Source: Minisyncoccota bacterium | GTDB lineage: Bacteria; Patescibacteriota; Minisyncoccia; Phycocordibacterales; UBA5272 | Length of the DNA stretch: 64,000 nt | Assembly: GCA_018062965.1 (NCBI GenBank) | Contig: JAGORG010000004.1 | Location: 15,055 to 79,054 of the forward strand | Reading direction: 5' to 3' | Shown here: in pieces, positions 9,309 through 20,718 of the stretch | Numbering within the stretch: position 1 is the stretch's first letter | How the letters are laid out: every line of letters starts with the position of its first letter | Notes under the pieces: model-generated | Databases searched by the model: none | What the model was told of the DNA's origin: nothing | The model's input: only the letters and a program-made list of their open reading frames with translations | Translations under genes and position numbers: made by a program

Positions 9309-9809
9309 ATGTTTTTCTTTAGAAGGAATCACTACAACAAGCCATTTCGGGTTAAGGACATGAAACCCATGGACATGTTTTTATTTTTCAAGGGTATCAT
9401 CACACCTGAAGATTTCCTTTGTCCGTTTTCTACTACAATAGATGACGTTGTCTGTTCTTATTTTTTTCCAACCAGGGATAAAATATCTCCGTATGCAGGT
9501 TTAGGGTTGTATCCTTTTTCGGGCCAGCCTTATACCTCACCAGATAGTCAGGGGGTTCTTTTGATAATTTACGAAGAAATTCGTGACCCGCAAAACCCTC
9601 TTGCCATTAAACGCTCGGCCCCAAACTTTATGAGGATGGAGTTCTTTTGGTCAATATATCCTCCATACCCTTTTAAATCCATTAGCTGTATTCTTATCGG
9701 GGAAAGTCAACAATACCCTTTGAGCATAGAAAATCCAGTCTTCGGCTTAGCTCTAGAGATAGCGCGTAGGGCTCAAAAAACATGGACGGGTGCTTATCAA
9801 CATAGTTAA
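9309..9809 (+). CDS. Hypothetical protein.
   Basis: AAGGAG RBS lies 7 nt upstream of the ATG. A terminator hairpin (AAAGCCTCCACGTGGAGGCTTTTT) follows immediately. No recognisable domain. Confidence 0.45.
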   Translation: MFFFRRNHYNKPFRVKDMKPMDMFLFFKGIITPEDFLCPFSTTIDDVVCSYFFPTRDKISPYAGLGLYPFSGQPYTSPDSQGVLLIIYEEIRDPQNPLAIKRSAPNFMRMEFFWSIYPPYPFKSISCILIGESQQYPLSIENPVFGLALEIARRAQKTWTGAYQHS

Positions 9810-9844
9810 GGAACCATCTAACAAAGCCTCCACGTGGAGGCTTT

Positions 9845-10513
9845 TTATTTTCCTATTTTATTTTCTTTCTTTGCGCGATACGCTTCGATCAGTTTATGAT
9901 TTCCTGACAAAAGGACTTTTGGTACACGGTACTTCTTTCCTTTATATTCATATACTTCTGGTCGGGCGTAGATTTCGTGGGATGCGATACGGTTCTCTTC
10001 GAGAGACGCTTCGTCGTTAAGTGTTCCTTTTATTTGACGTGTAATTGCATCAATACAAACCATTGCAGGAAGCTCTCCTCCTGTGAGCACATAGTTACCA
10101 ATACTCCACTCTTTGGCTTTCAAAATTTTCTTTACACGAGCGTCTATCCCTTCATAACGACCGCAAATAAAAACAATATCGGTGTATTTTGTCGCAACAT
10201 TCTTTGCTAATGTATTTGAAAACATATCTCCACCTGGATTAAACATCACAAAGAGGATTTTTGTATTCTTTTTTCGGGCAAGTTTCTTTTCGATTTTTGT
10301 AACACAGTTTAGTATTGGATCTGCCCACATAACCATTCCAGGTCCACCACCGTATGGTTTACCATCAACGCGTCTGTGTTTGTCGGTTGTGTATTCACGC
10401 AGTGCATATGTATGAATTTCTATAAGCTTGTTTTCTACAGCACGGGAAATAATCGACTCAGCAAAATACGAGTCGAGCATGTTTGGGAAAATAGTAACCA
10501 CGTGATATCTCAT
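9845..10513 (-). CDS. trmD: tRNA (guanine37-N1)-methyltransferase.
   Basis: The N-terminus MRYHVVTIFPNMLDSYF...GKPYGGGPGMVM is a typical TrmD SPOUT knot. It lies in the conserved rpsP-KH-trmD neighbourhood. Confidence 0.9.
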   Translation of the reverse strand: MRYHVVTIFPNMLDSYFAESIISRAVENKLIEIHTYALREYTTDKHRRVDGKPYGGGPGMVMWADPILNCVTKIEKKLARKKNTKILFVMFNPGGDMFSNTLAKNVATKYTDIVFICGRYEGIDARVKKILKAKEWSIGNYVLTGGELPAMVCIDAITRQIKGTLNDEASLEENRIASHEIYARPEVYEYKGKKYRVPKVLLSGNHKLIEAYRAKKENKIGK

Positions 10514-10586
10514 ACTTGACAGTATAACAAATATAATGTCAAAAGAAAAGCCTGCCGATGGGCAGGCTTTTCAAACTTTGAGAACC

Positions 10587-10904
10587 TTACAAACTCTTGA
10601 GATCGTTCATCACCGCATCTACATCTGTCGTGTCATACTCTGCACGAGCATACCCTTCGCGACCTGCTGGCTCGTTGATTTTGAGATTTACACGAGCGTT
10701 GTTTTTCATACCAACAACACGGAGAAGTGTACGGAGAGCCTTTGCCGTTGCTCCGTCACGTCCAATGATTTTACCCATATCAACACCTGCAACATCAAGC
10801 GTAATAAGCACACCCATTTCGTCCACTCGTCGATCTACCTTTACCTGATCTGGATTATCTACCAAAGCTTTCACTACATACTCGACAAATTCTTGATCTT
10901 TCAT
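10587..10904 (-). CDS. KH-domain RNA-binding protein (YlqC/UPF0109 family).
   Basis: GxxG KH signature (IGRDGATAKALR). It sits between rpsP and trmD as in the canonical operon. Confidence 0.8.
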   Translation of the reverse strand: MKDQEFVEYVVKALVDNPDQVKVDRRVDEMGVLITLDVAGVDMGKIIGRDGATAKALRTLLRVVGMKNNARVNLKINEPAGREGYARAEYDTTDVDAVMNDLKSL

Positions 10905-10987
10905 ATTGATTTGTTCTTATATATCTATCGTAACAGTAATACGGAAATACCTACACTCACTTATACACAGATGGGAATCACTAAAAA

Positions 10988-11287
10988 CTAAGCAGCTTTT
11001 TCTTCTTTCTTTTGTGGAGTCTTCTTTGGAAGTACGTTTACTTTCTTTCCTTCAAGAACACCCTTTGAGACGAGGAGATTGTGCACTGTTGGAGTAACTT
11101 GAGCACCTACTGAGATCCAGTGCTTAACACGGTCAGCCTTTGCTTCGAAAATACCTGCCTTAACATTGTATGTTCCAACAATCTCAGCAAACTGAGACGT
11201 CTTTGGTTTGAGTGTACTTTCGGTCACAATAAGGCGGAAATGTGGGTCGTTCTTGCGTCCTGTACGTTGTAGTCTGATTTTTAACAT
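10988..11287 (-). CDS. rpsP: 30S ribosomal protein S16.
   Basis: MLKIRLQRTGRKNDPHFRLIV... matches the S16 N-terminus. The ORF-track start was trimmed to this Met. Confidence 0.9.
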   Translation of the reverse strand: MLKIRLQRTGRKNDPHFRLIVTESTLKPKTSQFAEIVGTYNVKAGIFEAKADRVKHWISVGAQVTPTVHNLLVSKGVLEGKKVNVLPKKTPQKKEEKAA

Positions 11288-11403
11288 GTGCTGTATTCTA
11301 CCATAAACCCCTGAAAAAGAAAAGCCCCTTACGGGCACCAATTTTATTGACTAACTTAATAAAAAATAAAAACCAACCGCTACCGGCTGGTTTTAGTGGG
11401 ACC

Positions 11404-11994
11404 TTAGGCGTCCATTGTGAATCCTTGAGGCTTTAAGCTGTTCGCCTCATCGTTGGGCGATTTAGGAAAATCTTCATGCATTTCACGCAATACTTTTTGC
11501 CATTTAGGATGGGTAAGGCAAGCAAGCTGACAACGAAGATTGTCTAGGTCTTCTAGGTCAACTTTATTTGGCACACCAGATTTGTGGTAAACCTTATGTT
11601 CTCCGCCGACAATATCACGAAGGAGAATAATCGTCGGATGACTCTCGGTATATGACCTGCTGACAGAAAGAACCACAAACCAATCTACGATTGCTAGACC
11701 ATTGAGTCGATCAAGCACATCGATGGCAGAGTTTTTTGCCTTCATGGCGATGATGGGTGCAACCACGACTGACATAAATGCTATAAGTACGACAAATGGG
11801 TACGGAACCGGTATAGAGTCAAGTGTGTAGCCGACACCCAGAGTAGCGACAAGTGGTAAAAATGACCATCCCAAATGACTCCAAAAGTGGCGAAGAATCC
11901 ACTTCCGCACAATCAGGCGCTGTATTCCACGCCTAAGCTCAGTAGTAGGGTCAGTGTTCACAGGAAACTCCTTATCTATATTTGATGACAACAT
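11404..11994 (-). CDS. Hypothetical membrane protein.
   Basis: 196-aa ORF with two hydrophobic segments. No recognisable motif. Confidence 0.55.
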   Translation of the reverse strand: MLSSNIDKEFPVNTDPTTELRRGIQRLIVRKWILRHFWSHLGWSFLPLVATLGVGYTLDSIPVPYPFVVLIAFMSVVVAPIIAMKAKNSAIDVLDRLNGLAIVDWFVVLSVSRSYTESHPTIILLRDIVGGEHKVYHKSGVPNKVDLEDLDNLRCQLACLTHPKWQKVLREMHEDFPKSPNDEANSLKPQGFTMDA

Positions 11995-12041
11995 ATCACC
12001 AATTCAAAGTAAACTCTACAGTTCCAAAAACTCCTTGTCAA

Positions 12042-13982
12042 CTAGGCAACCAGCTCGTAATCGATCACTCTTAGATCGAGATTTGCTGCTTTTACTTTTA
12101 TTTTTACAGGGGTTCCGATTTTCCATTCAATACCTGTTCGTTCACCAAATACACGGCTATTCTTTTGATCATACACATAGAAGTCATTTCCAAGATCACG
12201 AAGACGAATCATCCCTTCACATTTACTCTTCTTCTCAGAAACAAAGAGTCCCCACTCTGAAACACCAGAGATAACACCATCAAACTGCTGTCCGAGGCGA
12301 TACGACATGTATTCAACTTGTTTGTATTTAACACTTCCACGTTCTGCGTCAGCTGCTTCTTTTTCACGATTAGATGCTTGCACACACAATCTGTCATAGA
12401 GTGGTCGCTCTTCTTCTCTTGGGTAGTCATTTTCTAGGACACGCATGAGTAGTCGATGGGTAAGCACATCAGGATAACGACGAATCGGAGATGTGAAGTG
12501 TGAGTAGTAGTCAAACGCAAGTCCGTAGTGTCCAATATTTTTGGTACTATATACAGCTTTTGCCATAGAACGAGTAATGTGCATTTGAAGCAAGTCTTTT
12601 TCTGGATGACCTTCGAGTTTCTTAAGGAGTGCATTCAAATCCTGAGATGGGATAAGTCCATCCATAAATCTGACATGGTGCCCAAGTCCACGAATATACA
12701 AGTCCAAATCATGCATGCGATCAGCATCTGGTTTGTCGTGAACACGATAGATACAAATACCTTTTCCCTCGCCCGCTTTTTCCTCTTGCTTCTTGGTGAT
12801 GAACTTGCTCACGTATTTGTTCGCAAGGAGCATGTACTCTTCAATGAGCTTGTGTGTATCGCCTCGAACTTTTACATACACATCAACTGGTACACCCTTT
12901 TCATCGAGTTTAAATTTAACCTCTTCAGTTTCTAGAGATAATGCACCGTTTGCAAAACGTGCTTGCGTCATTTTTTTAGCAATGGTATTCAAAATCTGAA
13001 GCTCTTCGGCAAAATCACCTTTTCCTTGGTCAAGGGTTATTTGAGCATCTTCGTAAGTGTATCGTCTCTGTGAGTTGATAACAGAACGACCAAACCATTC
13101 ACCGTGCACTGTACCCTCATCATCTAGTTCTAGCACTGCACTCATCACGAGACGGTCTTGTCCTTGTACAAGCGAACACAGATCGTTTGATAGCACTTCA
13201 GGAAGCATTGGAATCACTCGGTCAACGAGATATACAGACGTCTGGCGAGAAACAGCTTCTTCATCAAGCGCCATACCAGGCTGCACATAGTACGATACGT
13301 CAGCAATGTGAATACCTACCTCATAATGTCCGTTTGGAAGTTTTTGAAACGAAATAGCGTCGTCAAAGTCCTTTGCGTCAATTGGGTCGATAGTAAATGT
13401 TGGTATAGATCGAAAATCTCGACGGTTAAGCTTGTCTTCTTCTGTGATACCGCGCGCTTTGATAGCATCAGCTTCTTCGTTTACTTTTGCATCATGCTTA
13501 TCTGAAAAGCCACGCTCAAGAGCGTACGCGAGCATTTCTGCATCGTTATCCCCTGGGTAGCCGAGCGCTTGCACCACTTCTCCGCGTGGAGATTTTTTGT
13601 GATCAGTCCAGTCAGTGATAGAGGCGATGACTTTCATACCTGGTTCTGCCTCGTTTAGATGATCATGAGAAATCATGATATCTGTATACATACGCTTGTC
13701 ATCTGGAACCAGGAAATACATGCCATTATCTTCTTCAAGAATTCCAGCATACCCACGACGTCCGCGACTAACTACTTTTGCAATTTTTCCATACAGCTCA
13801 TCCTCGTCTTTTTGATTTTTCTTTTTCCCAAGAAGTTCAACTTCTACGGTGTCACCGTGAAGTGCAGTGTGTAGATGGTCATGGTCAACAAAAATAGCCC
13901 CTTCGTGTTCGAGCTCTGGCACACGCACATATCCGTCTTTTTTAGAGGTAATACTAATAGTCCCCGTGTAGATTCTTTCCAT
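12042..13982 (-). CDS. rnr: Ribonuclease R (RNB-family 3'-5' exoribonuclease).
   Basis: N-terminal cold-shock/OB region, RNB catalytic core (DPIDAKDFDDAIS..., four-Asp motif) and a C-terminal S1 domain. Confidence 0.9.
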   Translation of the reverse strand: MERIYTGTISITSKKDGYVRVPELEHEGAIFVDHDHLHTALHGDTVEVELLGKKKNQKDEDELYGKIAKVVSRGRRGYAGILEEDNGMYFLVPDDKRMYTDIMISHDHLNEAEPGMKVIASITDWTDHKKSPRGEVVQALGYPGDNDAEMLAYALERGFSDKHDAKVNEEADAIKARGITEEDKLNRRDFRSIPTFTIDPIDAKDFDDAISFQKLPNGHYEVGIHIADVSYYVQPGMALDEEAVSRQTSVYLVDRVIPMLPEVLSNDLCSLVQGQDRLVMSAVLELDDEGTVHGEWFGRSVINSQRRYTYEDAQITLDQGKGDFAEELQILNTIAKKMTQARFANGALSLETEEVKFKLDEKGVPVDVYVKVRGDTHKLIEEYMLLANKYVSKFITKKQEEKAGEGKGICIYRVHDKPDADRMHDLDLYIRGLGHHVRFMDGLIPSQDLNALLKKLEGHPEKDLLQMHITRSMAKAVYSTKNIGHYGLAFDYYSHFTSPIRRYPDVLTHRLLMRVLENDYPREEERPLYDRLCVQASNREKEAADAERGSVKYKQVEYMSYRLGQQFDGVISGVSEWGLFVSEKKSKCEGMIRLRDLGNDFYVYDQKNSRVFGERTGIEWKIGTPVKIKVKAANLDLRVIDYELVA

Positions 13983-14100
13983 AATTCCTTCTACTATACC
14001 ACATGTGACATATATTTCATTTGATCTTTACAGAAAATTGACACCCTAGAAAAAAGTTGTAGTATATGAAATATTACAATTGTTCTTTAAGGAGCCGAGA

Positions 14101-14511
14101 ATGAGACTCAACCCGTATGTTTTTTGGGCAATCAGTATCTTGCTTACTGCTCTTCAACTTTTTATCCATATGAATATCGCCCGTCGACTACTCCCGATGG
14201 TACGTAAGGCGCACGAGCTTACACGTAATCAACGTATCAATCTCATTGCAGATGCAGATCTTCAAACACAACGAGCCAGATACGGGAGTTTGTTTATTTT
14301 ATTTGTGATTTACTTGCCCAGCGTCCCCTTTCTCATACCGAAGGAAGAATCAATCTGGTCGGGTTTTATATTCATGTTAGTATGCAACGCCCAAATATTC
14401 ATCATTCGGGTTGCTAGTAATCATGCAAAAATCGTCGCGATACAACTCAATAAATTGATACTAAGCGACCCAGAAGCCTACATTGCCTATATCCAAAAAA
14501 GACGACCCTAA
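14101..14511 (+). CDS. Hypothetical membrane protein.
   Basis: AAGGAG lies 6 nt before ATG 14101. Three hydrophobic helices are predicted. A terminator hairpin sits at 14527-14548. Confidence 0.55.
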   Translation: MRLNPYVFWAISILLTALQLFIHMNIARRLLPMVRKAHELTRNQRINLIADADLQTQRARYGSLFILFVIYLPSVPFLIPKEESIWSGFIFMLVCNAQIFIIRVASNHAKIVAIQLNKLILSDPEAYIAYIQKRRP

Positions 14512-14548
14512 GTAAGGAGCTCCATCAACCCGCCACAGCGGGTTTTAT

Positions 14549-16786
14549 TTATACTACATGCGCTACATCTTTGAAGTTAATGGAGAGTAGTTTAGATGCA
14601 CCTTCTGCGCCTATTGTGACACCGTAGAGCATGTCACAATGATTCATCGTTTCGCGATTGTGTGTAATCACAAGAAGTTTAGACTTTTCAGCAAGTCGTC
14701 CAAGCATGTGACCGTATTTGCGCGCATTATGCTCATCAAGCGGAGCATCTGTTTCATCGAGCACCATAAATGGAGGCGGTGTAAGAGATGACATAGCAAA
14801 TAAGAGCGCAATAGAGGTGAGTGCTCGTTCCCCTCCTGAGAACATAGCGAGCTCTTGCACTTTTTTACTTGGAAGTTTTACTTCAATATCAACGCCTTGC
14901 TCTTTTGTTTGCTCACCATCTTCGTCGACTTTGATAATATCCATAAGCGTTAGTTTTGCCTTGCCACCATCAAATACCTCTGCAAAGAAATCACTAAAAC
15001 TCTTTGAAACATGCTCAACCCCTGATGCAAAACGTTCTTTGAGCTGCACAGAAAGATCATCAATAAGTGCGAGTAATTTTCCTTCTGTTTCTTTAATATC
15101 CGCAAGCTCTTTGCTTAAGTATTGTTCTCGTTCTACGGTTAGACGGTACTCTTCACGAACCTCAGCTGCATTTGGGATACCTGCTTCTTCTATTTTTATT
15201 TTTGAACGCTCTATTGCACGCATGAGATCTGTCATAGGGAGTGTTTTGTATACATCATGCACAGCTGTTTCTTTGTATCCAAGTATTTCTCTGCCGACAA
15301 TAACAGCACCTTCTGAAAGGAGAGCGTCAAAGCGCTCTTTACGCATAGCAACTTCCGCCTCTTCCTGTTTACGAAGCGCAATCGTAGATTCAAGTTCACG
15401 TAGCTTGCTCTCTAAGAGCATTTTCTTCTTTTCCTCTTCATGAAGTGAGATAAGCGTATTTTGAGCAACTGAGTCTAGAGTGTCTATCTTTTCCTGTAAT
15501 GCCTCAATGTCGCTTTTTAGACCCCGCTCTTTTTGTTCATGCTCTTGTATCTCGTCATTAGCGCGAGCAATAGAACTACGAAGTTTTTCTTTTTTATCTT
15601 CATCGGTCTGGCTACCTGCTTGTGCAAAAAATGCATCTGCATGGGACGAAAGAGATTCGGTATGTGTTTTTGCAAGTGTTGCATCCCATATGTCGAGTGC
15701 TTTTTTGAGTGAATTTATACCAGATGTAAACGTTGTCCCTGCCTCCACAAAAGCATCACGAGGGATAACAACATCTTTTCGTACATCATCTTGATTAAGC
15801 TCTCGAACAAGATACCCCTTTTCTGCTTCTAATCGCCCAATTGTTTTTGTGATTTGCTCTTTACGTTCAAGAAGCGATCGCAGTTCTGCTTGTAGTGTTT
15901 GTTTTTCATTACGAGAAACTGTGTGCACATCTCGGTTAGATGATTGATAGATAGCAAGCTCTTTTTTGATGGAATCTGTGATAAGTGAAAGTGATACCGA
16001 AGACCCAGCTTCACGGATTTTTTCTACACGTAGAGCTATGTCGTGCTCTTCTCGATTAAAATATGCAACTAAAAGATTCCCGAGAAGTATTCGTTCTTGT
16101 TCTTTTGATTCTAGTTTTTCAACTTGTCGTTTGAGGTGGAGTAGGTGTGGTGCAATTTCTTTACGCAATAGTTCAACTTCATGCACATGTATTTTTACTT
16201 TCTCCAACTTTCGTCGAGATTCGTTCAGTCGAATATGATATACACGCAAGCCAAGTGCATCTTCGAGAGCTTCTTTGCGTTCTTTTGGAGAAGCGAGTAA
16301 GATTCTATCTGCTTCGCCTTGGTTGATGATTGTATGAGCACTCCCACCGATACCAGCAAAGGCAAGTAACTCCTGAACGTCTTTGAGGCGTACTTTTGCA
16401 TCGTTTAACGTATAGTCACTTGTACCATCAGCATAGATGACACGAGATAACACCAGTTCATCATACACAAGGTATGGAGCGAGTTCATCACTTGCGTGAT
16501 GTGTTGCAACATTTGTATGTTTGTCGCGATTATCAATCACCATTGTTACAGATGCACGAGACATTCCCGGTAACATATGAGAACCTTTGAAAATCAGGTC
16601 TGCACCCTGTTTACCTCGCATAGACTTCATCGACTGTTCACCAAGTACGAATCGAATAGCCTCTGCTACGTTTGATTTACCAGAACCATTTGGCCCAACA
16701 ACACCAGTAACTTGATGTGTGACATCAAGTGTTGTTTTTTTGGCGAATGATTTGAACCCGTGAAGTGTGATGTGCGAAAGCCGCAT
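14549..16786 (-). CDS. smc: SMC-family chromosome-segregation ATPase, short (745 aa).
   Basis: N-terminal Walker A GPNGSGKSN, long coiled-coil, and C-terminal signature LSGGERALTSIALLFA with Walker B VLDETDAPLD. Confidence 0.8.
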   Translation of the reverse strand: MRLSHITLHGFKSFAKKTTLDVTHQVTGVVGPNGSGKSNVAEAIRFVLGEQSMKSMRGKQGADLIFKGSHMLPGMSRASVTMVIDNRDKHTNVATHHASDELAPYLVYDELVLSRVIYADGTSDYTLNDAKVRLKDVQELLAFAGIGGSAHTIINQGEADRILLASPKERKEALEDALGLRVYHIRLNESRRKLEKVKIHVHEVELLRKEIAPHLLHLKRQVEKLESKEQERILLGNLLVAYFNREEHDIALRVEKIREAGSSVSLSLITDSIKKELAIYQSSNRDVHTVSRNEKQTLQAELRSLLERKEQITKTIGRLEAEKGYLVRELNQDDVRKDVVIPRDAFVEAGTTFTSGINSLKKALDIWDATLAKTHTESLSSHADAFFAQAGSQTDEDKKEKLRSSIARANDEIQEHEQKERGLKSDIEALQEKIDTLDSVAQNTLISLHEEEKKKMLLESKLRELESTIALRKQEEAEVAMRKERFDALLSEGAVIVGREILGYKETAVHDVYKTLPMTDLMRAIERSKIKIEEAGIPNAAEVREEYRLTVEREQYLSKELADIKETEGKLLALIDDLSVQLKERFASGVEHVSKSFSDFFAEVFDGGKAKLTLMDIIKVDEDGEQTKEQGVDIEVKLPSKKVQELAMFSGGERALTSIALLFAMSSLTPPPFMVLDETDAPLDEHNARKYGHMLGRLAEKSKLLVITHNRETMNHCDMLYGVTIGAEGASKLLSINFKDVAHVV

Positions 16787-16861
16787 GATAGTAAAAGTCT
16801 ATCATGCATACGAGACTACTTGGTGTGTGTAAACAAAAAACCTACGCATTGCGTAGGTGTG

Positions 16862-17216
16862 TGCATACTCATATCGTCCTGTGTTTGGCAGGTAAACGAT
16901 TCGGTTTGACGCTTCTTGCAGATCCGGCGTGATAGGTATTTGCAAAATACCTGAAACGTCGGGGCAAGTTTTTCCATGGAGATTCCCCATGAAAGAAACT
17001 TAGGTCCGGTCGACGATGAGAGGTGTGTTGCTTATTCTTTGAACACGGTTCGTCAAGCGCACCACACCCAACGTTTCTTGAAGTTGTAGGCTTTTTCCTG
17101 AGCCGAACCGGACCAGGACCCGCTACAACCGAAACAACTTGCTCGCTCGTGCCGTGACGGTGCACGACACGGTAACCACGCCCATCAGCCAAAGCTGCCA
17201 CAAAAATTCCAATCAT
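16862..17216 (-). other. GC-rich element of uncertain nature: either a small highly basic ORF (16869..17216) or a structured RNA.
   Basis: GC content is far above the flanks. A minus-strand AGGAG RBS lies 6 nt before ATG 17216. The 115-aa product is Arg-rich and basic. A minus-strand intrinsic terminator (CCTACGCAATGCGTAGG + T6) sits at about 16835-16860. Many internal helices are possible. Confidence 0.3.
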
Positions 17217-17263
17217 GATGACTCCTCTGTGTGTGAAAAACCTTATGCTACACTACACCTTAT

Positions 17264-18040
17264 ATGACACTTTTGCAATCGATATATCTTGGGATTATCG
17301 AAGGTCTCACCGAGTTTCTTCCTATATCTTCCACGGGACACTTGATCCTTGTTTCGCACCTTTTGGAAATTCCTCAAGACACATTCCTTGTTACATTTGA
17401 AATAGCGATTCAACTCGGTGCGATATCTGCAGTAGTATTTCTCTTTTGGAAACGACTCATGCGCATTTCGATGCTACAAAAACTTATAGTTGGTTTTATA
17501 CCAACAGCAATCATTGGTTTTTTGGTCTACCCATATATAAAAGTACTTCTCACTAACCCGATCATCGTTGGTGTTACTCTTTTTATTGGCGGAATCATTA
17601 TTCTGTTTGCAGAAAACTATTACTACAAACAACAGCTTCTTGGTGCGGTTGAGCTACGTCACGAGGTTTCAATGAAGCAAGCATTCCTCCTTGGAATATA
17701 TCAAACTATCGCCATGATTCCTGGCGTTTCTAGGTCTGGCGCCATTATTGTTGGCGGGTTATTTATGAACATGGAACGCAAACTGCTCACCGAATTTACG
17801 TTTTTGCTCGCTGTTCCTACTATGTCAGCAGCAACCCTCTACTCGCTCTACAAAAACCACGAAGTAGTCATGCAAACTGGGAACATATCGCTATTGCTTA
17901 CTGGGGCACTAACATCTTTTATCGTCGCGACACTGGTCATCAAACTATTCCTAGATTACATCAAACGCCATACGTTTGTGATTTTTGGTATCTATAGAAT
18001 AATCTTAGGTATTATCGTCTGTTTGATTTTCCTTCCGTAA
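17264..18040 (+). CDS. uppP: Undecaprenyl-diphosphatase.
   Basis: The N-terminus LGIIEGLTEFLPISSTGHLIL is a BacA/UppP signature, with about 8 TM helices. Confidence 0.9.
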   Translation: MTLLQSIYLGIIEGLTEFLPISSTGHLILVSHLLEIPQDTFLVTFEIAIQLGAISAVVFLFWKRLMRISMLQKLIVGFIPTAIIGFLVYPYIKVLLTNPIIVGVTLFIGGIIILFAENYYYKQQLLGAVELRHEVSMKQAFLLGIYQTIAMIPGVSRSGAIIVGGLFMNMERKLLTEFTFLLAVPTMSAATLYSLYKNHEVVMQTGNISLLLTGALTSFIVATLVIKLFLDYIKRHTFVIFGIYRIILGIIVCLIFLP

Positions 18041-19847
<1,807 letters not shown>

Positions 19848-19864
19848 TTAGTAATTGATATGGC

Positions 19865-20713
19865 TTATGTTGTGAGCGCCATAGCTCCTGAAGTAATCTC
19901 TGCAATTTCTTGCGTTACAGCACCCTGTCGTGCTCGGTTAAAGTATAGTTTTAGATCTTTTTGCAAATCTCCAGCGTTATCTGTTGCGTTTTTCATCGCA
20001 AACATACGCGCTGAGTGTTCCGATGCGTAGCTTTCTAATATTCCCCCAAAAATAATGTTGTGAATCATCATTGGGATAATCGTCTCAAGTACATGATTCT
20101 GATCAGGCTCATATTCGTATCGAGGTTCTCCGCGAGTATCTGGTTTGCCTTCTGATGAAAACGGTAGGAGCTGAATAAGTGTTGGAGTAAATGTGCTGGC
20201 GGACGTAAAGTGTGTATATAAAAGACGAACTGTTCCTATAGATTTTGCTTTGTAATTATCCACAATGAGCTTTGTGATGACGCGAGCATCTCGCGCTGTG
20301 AGGACCGCATGATTAAACGATGCGAGTGTTTCAAGATGCATTTTCTTTGCAACTTTTTCAGAAAACTTTCCCACGGTAATCAACTTGAGATTCTTTTTAT
20401 TCTCGCCAGAATACGCGGCTAATAGTTTGCGGTACACGTTTACGTTATAACTTCCACAAAGTCCTTTGTTTGAAGCAATCATCACAACCAATTCTGTGTC
20501 TACACCATTGTGCATAAGGAGTTCATGTTGAACAAGCGAATCAAGTGAAAGATCTTCGAGAATATGCTGAGCTTCTGTATGAAATGGACGAAGCGTGAGG
20601 GCTTGGTCAATAGCTTTTTTCATTTTTGCAGCAGAAACCATCTCCATTGTTTTGGTGATCTTTTTGATATTCCCAACGCTTTTGATTTTTTCTTTGATAG
20701 CTTTTGTCTGCAT
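19865..20713 (-). CDS. atpG: ATP synthase gamma chain.
   Basis: MQTKAIKEKIKSVGNIKKITKTMEMVSAAKM... is the conserved gamma N-terminal helix; length 282 aa. Confidence 0.9.
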   Translation of the reverse strand: MQTKAIKEKIKSVGNIKKITKTMEMVSAAKMKKAIDQALTLRPFHTEAQHILEDLSLDSLVQHELLMHNGVDTELVVMIASNKGLCGSYNVNVYRKLLAAYSGENKKNLKLITVGKFSEKVAKKMHLETLASFNHAVLTARDARVITKLIVDNYKAKSIGTVRLLYTHFTSASTFTPTLIQLLPFSSEGKPDTRGEPRYEYEPDQNHVLETIIPMMIHNIIFGGILESYASEHSARMFAMKNATDNAGDLQKDLKLYFNRARQGAVTQEIAEITSGAMALTT

Positions 20714-20718
20714 GAGTA

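Noticed and set aside
14718-15794. Plus-strand ORFs of 241 and 104 aa inside smc.
   Set aside because: They are antisense to a well-supported smc CDS. The product is Ser-rich low complexity, typical of the reverse frame of a Glu/Lys-rich coiled-coil.
16862-17216. RNase P RNA, tmRNA or SRP RNA assignment for the GC-rich islet.
   Set aside because: The P4-like complementary segments (GGUCCGGU/ACCGGACC) are only about 110 nt apart and are not near the 3' end. No CR-II/CR-III (GNAANNGGUG/GUAAGAGC) was found. There is no tRNA-like GGUUCGA(A/C)UCC T-arm or CCA for tmRNA, and no GGAA-tetraloop SRP domain IV. It was kept only as an unclassified candidate.
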